Part shown: piece after piece, positions 9,840-13,175 of the stretch | How the letters are laid out: the number at the start of each line of letters is the position of its first letter | How positions within the stretch are numbered: the first letter of the stretch is position 1 | From: Candidatus Krumholzibacteriia bacterium | Lineage (GTDB): Bacteria; Krumholzibacteriota; Krumholzibacteriia; WVZY01 | Reading direction: 5' to 3' | Assembly: GCA_036478295.1 (NCBI GenBank) | Contig: JAZGDW010000299.1 | Location: 1-13,175, forward strand | Length of the DNA: 13,175 bases | Position numbers and translations under genes: made by a program | The notes under the pieces: model-generated | The model's input: only the letters and a program-made list of their open reading frames with translations | The model's database searches: none | What the model was told of the DNA's origin: nothing

Positions 9840-9875
9840 GAGGCGGCGTTGTGCAGTCAGGCCGAAGGGAAAAGT

Positions 9876-10250
9876 GTGCCAACTATCAATCAATTAATAA
9901 GATCCGGGCGGAAGCGCCAGAAGAGCAAGACGAAGACGCCCGCCATGGGGGGCTGTCCGCAGAAGCGAGGGGTCTGCACGCGGGTGTATACGCTGACGCC
10001 CAAGAAGCCCAATTCGGCGATGCGGAAAGTCGCGCGTGTGCGCCTGACCAACGGTTTCGAAGTGACGGCGTACATTCCCGGTGAGGGGCACAATCTCCAG
10101 GAGCACTCCATCGTTTTGATTCGGGGAGGCAGGGTAAAAGATCTGCCGGGTGTTCGTTATCACATCATACGAGGCGTGCTGGACACGTCGGGCGTTGACG
10201 GCAGGCACACCAGCCGCTCGAAATACGGTGTGAAGAAACCAAAAGCGTAG
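9876..10250 (+). CDS. rpsL: 30S ribosomal protein uS12 (124 aa)
   Basis: The canonical start (M)PTINQL is at GTG 9876, with SD-like AAGGGA at 9865-9870. Motifs [38 protein letters not shown] and RSKYG. Stop TAG 10248-10250. Confidence 0.98.
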   Translation: MPTINQLIRSGRKRQKSKTKTPAMGGCPQKRGVCTRVYTLTPKKPNSAMRKVARVRLTNGFEVTAYIPGEGHNLQEHSIVLIRGGRVKDLPGVRYHIIRGVLDTSGVDGRHTSRSKYGVKKPKA

Positions 10251-10263
10251 GTTGCGGTAGCCA

Positions 10264-10734
10264 ATGTCAAGACGAAGAGTTCAAAAGAAGCGGGTAATCA
10301 CACCCGATGTGAAATACGGGGACCAGGTGCTGGCGCGGTTTATCAATTACGTCATGCGCAAGGGCAAGAGATCGGTCGCCGAGAGCATCGTGTACGATTG
10401 TTTTGAAATTATCGAGAAGAAAACCGGGCAAAAGGGCCTCGAAGTCTTCAAGAAGGCCCTTGAGAACGTAAGACCGACTCTGGAAGTGTCTTCGAGGAGA
10501 GTCGGAGGTGCGACGTACCAGGTGCCCATCGAGGTGCGGGCCGACCGACGCTTGGCACTGGCCATGCGCTGGATAACGAGTTTCGCAAAGGGCCGCTCCG
10601 AGAAGACGATGTCGGAACGGCTGGCGAACGAGCTGATGATGGCGGCGCGGCGCGAAGGCCCTTCCATGAAGAAGAAGGAAGACACGCACCGGATGGCGGA
10701 GGCGAACAAGGCATTCGCCCACTTCAGGTGGTAG
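10264..10734 (+). CDS. rpsG: 30S ribosomal protein uS7 (156 aa)
   Basis: Start MSRRR, motifs [20 protein letters not shown] and [16 protein letters not shown]. Lies 13 nt after the rpsL stop. Confidence 0.98.
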   Translation: MSRRRVQKKRVITPDVKYGDQVLARFINYVMRKGKRSVAESIVYDCFEIIEKKTGQKGLEVFKKALENVRPTLEVSSRRVGGATYQVPIEVRADRRLALAMRWITSFAKGRSEKTMSERLANELMMAARREGPSMKKKEDTHRMAEANKAFAHFRW

Positions 10735-10873
10735 CGCTGGCATGACGGCGCGGCACCACATAGAGATTGTGAAACAAGCACATAGGGCTTAACGCTACAG
10801 AGGTTCGCAATCCAGAATTCAGCAGCGTTTGTGCGAGGGTGGTCATTCCACCCTGACCTTATGTATCACGAAC

Positions 10874-10933
10874 TCCCCCGGTAACTCTCTGACCATTCGA
10901 GTGCGAGCTCGACCGGTTGGAGACCCGGGCGGG
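10874..10933 (+). other. Long GNRA-capped stem-loop immediately upstream of the fusA ribosome-binding region
   Basis: TCGAGT-GCGA-GCTCGA (10897-10912) is extended by TCTCTGACC/GGTTGGAGA (10886-10894/10915-10923), CCCGG/CCGGG (10877-10881/10925-10929) and TCC/GGG. Confidence 0.7.
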
Positions 10934-10945
10934 CAAAGGCAGAAA

Positions 10946-13039
10946 ATGGCCAGATTGGTCCCATTAGCAAGAGTCCGGAATATCGGCATCATGGCTCACA
11001 TCGATGCCGGTAAGACAACGGTGACGGAGCGCGTCCTGTACTACACGGGCCGTACCCACCGCATGGGCGAAGTGCATGATGGAGCGGCGACGATGGATTG
11101 GATGGAGCAGGAGAAGGAGCGGGGCATCACCATCACCTCCGCCGCGACCACGTGTTTCTGGAACGACCATCGTATCAATATCATCGACACGCCGGGACAT
11201 GTCGACTTTACCGTCGAGGTGGAGCGAAGCCTGCGGGTGCTGGATGGTGCGGTGGCGATCTTCTGTTCCGTCGGCGGAGTCGAGCCGCAGTCGGAGACGG
11301 TATGGCGCCAGGCGGACAAGTACGGAGTCCCGCGAATTGCATTTGTGAACAAAATGGACCGCATGGGGTCCGATTTTTTAAACGTCGTCTCCATGATGAA
11401 AGACCGGCTGGGCGCAAACGCCGTTCCCATTCAATTGCCGATTGGGGACGGCGATATGTTTACGGGCATTATCGATCTGGTGAAGATGAGGGCGTACTTC
11501 TACAAGCGCGAAGATCTCGGAGCGACCCCGGAGGAGCAGGAAATCCCGGAGGACCTGCTGGAGATGGCCCAAGAGTATCGTGAGGGTCTGCTAGAGAGCC
11601 TGGCTGAGTTCGACGATGATCTCATGGAGGAATTCCTGAGCCATGGTGATGCGAGCAACGAACAGATTATGGGCGCGTTGCGCAAGGCCGTACTCAGTGG
11701 CGAATTCGTGCCGGTGCTGTGCGGGGCTGCGTTCAAGAACAAGGGCGTGCAGAAACTCCTCGACGCCGTGGTTGATTACCTCCCGGCGCCTTGCGATGTC
11801 CCACCGGTAGTTGGTGTCAACCCCTATACGACCAAGGAAGAGATACGTAAGGTCGACGACGACGAGCCATTCTCGGCCCTGGTATTCAAGATCATGACAG
11901 ACCAGCACATCGGCAAATTGACCTACATCCGGGTTTACAGCGGCGTGGCGAAGAAGGGCACCATGATCTTGAATGTAGCGACCGGTAGCAAGGAGAGGAT
12001 CGGACGCCTGGTGCAGATGCACGCCAACAAGCAGGAAGTCCGTGAGGCGATTTATTCTGGCGACATCGCCGCGGTGGTGGGGTTGAAGAAGGCAAGCACC
12101 GGCCACACCATTTGCGATATCAAGCATCCCATCGTCCTCGAACAGATGCATTTTCCAGAACCCGTCATGTCCGTTGCCATCGAACCGAAAACCAAAGCCG
12201 ACCAGGAAAAACTCTCCTCCGCGCTGGTGAAGCTGAGCGATGAGGACCCCACGTTTCAAGTCCGGGGGGATGAAGAGACAGGACAGACGATTATTTCCGG
12301 GATGGGCGAACTCCACTTGGAGATTCTCGTCGAACGCATGCTGCGCGAATTCAAGGTCGAAGCGAGCGTCGGAAAGCCCCAGGTCGCCTACAAGGAATCG
12401 ATTACGGCCACCGCGCGGGTGGAGGGAAAGTTCATCAAGCAAACCGGTGGTCACGGTCAGTACGGCCACGTTGAGATTATTGTTGAGCGCAACGAGAAGG
12501 GTGACGAGTTCGTTTTCGAAAACAACATCGTCGGTGGCGCGATACCGCGGGAGTTCATTCCTTCAGTGGAGCGGGGGATTTTGGACGCCATGTCGGGTGG
12601 CGTCGTCGCCGGTTATCCGGTCATCGGTATCAAGGTACAGCTGGTCGACGGCTCGTTCCACGACGTCGATTCGAGCGAAGTGGCCTTTCGCATGGCGGCC
12701 TCCATCGCCTTCAAGGAAGCGATGAAGAAGGCGGAGCCGGTCATTCTCGAGCCGACGATGGACGTCGAGGTGGTGGTACCGGAGCAGTACATGGGCGATG
12801 TGATGGGTGATTTGAATATGAGGCGTGGAAAGATCGGAGGAATGTTCCCGCGGGGCGACGTTCAAGTGATAGGCGCGCGGGTTCCGCTGGCCCAAATGTT
12901 TGGATACGTGAATCGGCTCCGGTCATTGACGCAAGGCAGGGCCGTTTACACGATGCAGTTCTCGAAATACGAAGAGCTTCCCCAAAGCATCGCCGAGGAA
13001 CTGGTCAACAGGTTTCAAGGAAAAGCCGTCCGGAGCTAA
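10946..13039 (+). CDS. fusA: Translation elongation factor G (697 aa from ATG 10946)
   Basis: Motifs [54 protein letters not shown] and [11 protein letters not shown]. The typical EF-G N-terminus MAR..RNIGI begins at ATG 10946, with weak SD AAAGG at 10935-10939. The 39 upstream codons in the track ORF do not resemble EF-G. Confidence 0.98.
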   Translation: MARLVPLARVRNIGIMAHIDAGKTTVTERVLYYTGRTHRMGEVHDGAATMDWMEQEKERGITITSAATTCFWNDHRINIIDTPGHVDFTVEVERSLRVLDGAVAIFCSVGGVEPQSETVWRQADKYGVPRIAFVNKMDRMGSDFLNVVSMMKDRLGANAVPIQLPIGDGDMFTGIIDLVKMRAYFYKREDLGATPEEQEIPEDLLEMAQEYREGLLESLAEFDDDLMEEFLSHGDASNEQIMGALRKAVLSGEFVPVLCGAAFKNKGVQKLLDAVVDYLPAPCDVPPVVGVNPYTTKEEIRKVDDDEPFSALVFKIMTDQHIGKLTYIRVYSGVAKKGTMILNVATGSKERIGRLVQMHANKQEVREAIYSGDIAAVVGLKKASTGHTICDIKHPIVLEQMHFPEPVMSVAIEPKTKADQEKLSSALVKLSDEDPTFQVRGDEETGQTIISGMGELHLEILVERMLREFKVEASVGKPQVAYKESITATARVEGKFIKQTGGHGQYGHVEIIVERNEKGDEFVFENNIVGGAIPREFIPSVERGILDAMSGGVVAGYPVIGIKVQLVDGSFHDVDSSEVAFRMAASIAFKEAMKKAEPVILEPTMDVEVVVPEQYMGDVMGDLNMRRGKIGGMFPRGDVQVIGARVPLAQMFGYVNRLRSLTQGRAVYTMQFSKYEELPQSIAEELVNRFQGKAVRS

Positions 13040-13048
13040 GGAGGAGAA

Positions 13049-13175
13049 ATGGCGAGAGCAAAGTTTGAGAGAACGAAGCCGCACGTGAACATCGGGACGA
13101 TCGGACACGTGGATCATGGGAAGACGACGCTGACGTCGGCGATAACGAAGGTGCTGGCGTCGAAGGGCCTGGCGG
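13049..13175 (+). CDS. tuf: Translation elongation factor Tu, 3'-truncated by the window edge (not in the ORF track)
   Basis: Translates as [42 protein letters not shown], with the EF-Tu P-loop [18 protein letters not shown] at 13037-13044 overlaps the fusA stop. Confidence 0.98.
   Translation, partial: MARAKFERTKPHVNIGTIGHVDHGKTTLTSAITKVLASKGLA

Noticed and set aside
9802..9845. Intrinsic terminator in the rpsL leader
   Set aside because: The stem is strong but is followed by GAGGCGG rather than a U-tract, so it is kept only as a structural element.
9813..9875. 21-aa N-terminal extension on uS12 in the ORF track
   Set aside because: The upstream GTG is buried in the 9802-9839 stem and has no SD. 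The universal MPTINQL start is at 9876.
9984..10150. Streptomycin-resistance changes in uS12 ([12 protein letters not shown])
   Set aside because: The key Lys residues in PKKPNS and RVKDLPG are intact. The Leu and Met variants fall at positions that vary naturally between phyla.
10829..10945. 39-aa N-terminal extension on EF-G, or a leader peptide
   Set aside because: It has a TTG start with no SD, lies inside paired RNA and does not resemble EF-G. Structured non-coding RNA explains the region better.

Overview
This is a core housekeeping cluster with all genes on the + strand: 'rplA-rplJ-rplL-rpoB-rpoC-rpsL-rpsG-fusA-tuf' (rplA is cut at the left edge, tuf at the right edge). No mobile elements, CRISPR arrays, tRNA/rRNA genes, inteins or accessory genes are evident. 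Three ORF-track starts should move downstream: rpoC to GTG 5501, rpsL to GTG 9876 and fusA to ATG 10946. The RNA polymerase inserts and sequence style suggest an FCB-related lineage that still uses Shine-Dalgarno sites (inference). The unexplained signal is mostly non-coding. It includes a 211-nt, densely base-paired rpsG-fusA spacer with mutually exclusive pairings (candidate undescribed cis-regulatory RNA), a structured rpsL leader, and a promoter carrying both a perfect TTGACA and a Bacteroidota-type TAnnTTTG. An 18-nt dyad is shared by the rpoB and rpsL upstream regions. On the protein side, bL12 has a Lys/Ala/Pro-rich N-terminal tail and uL10 appears to be the three-dimer type. All RNA folds were paired by eye, not computed.
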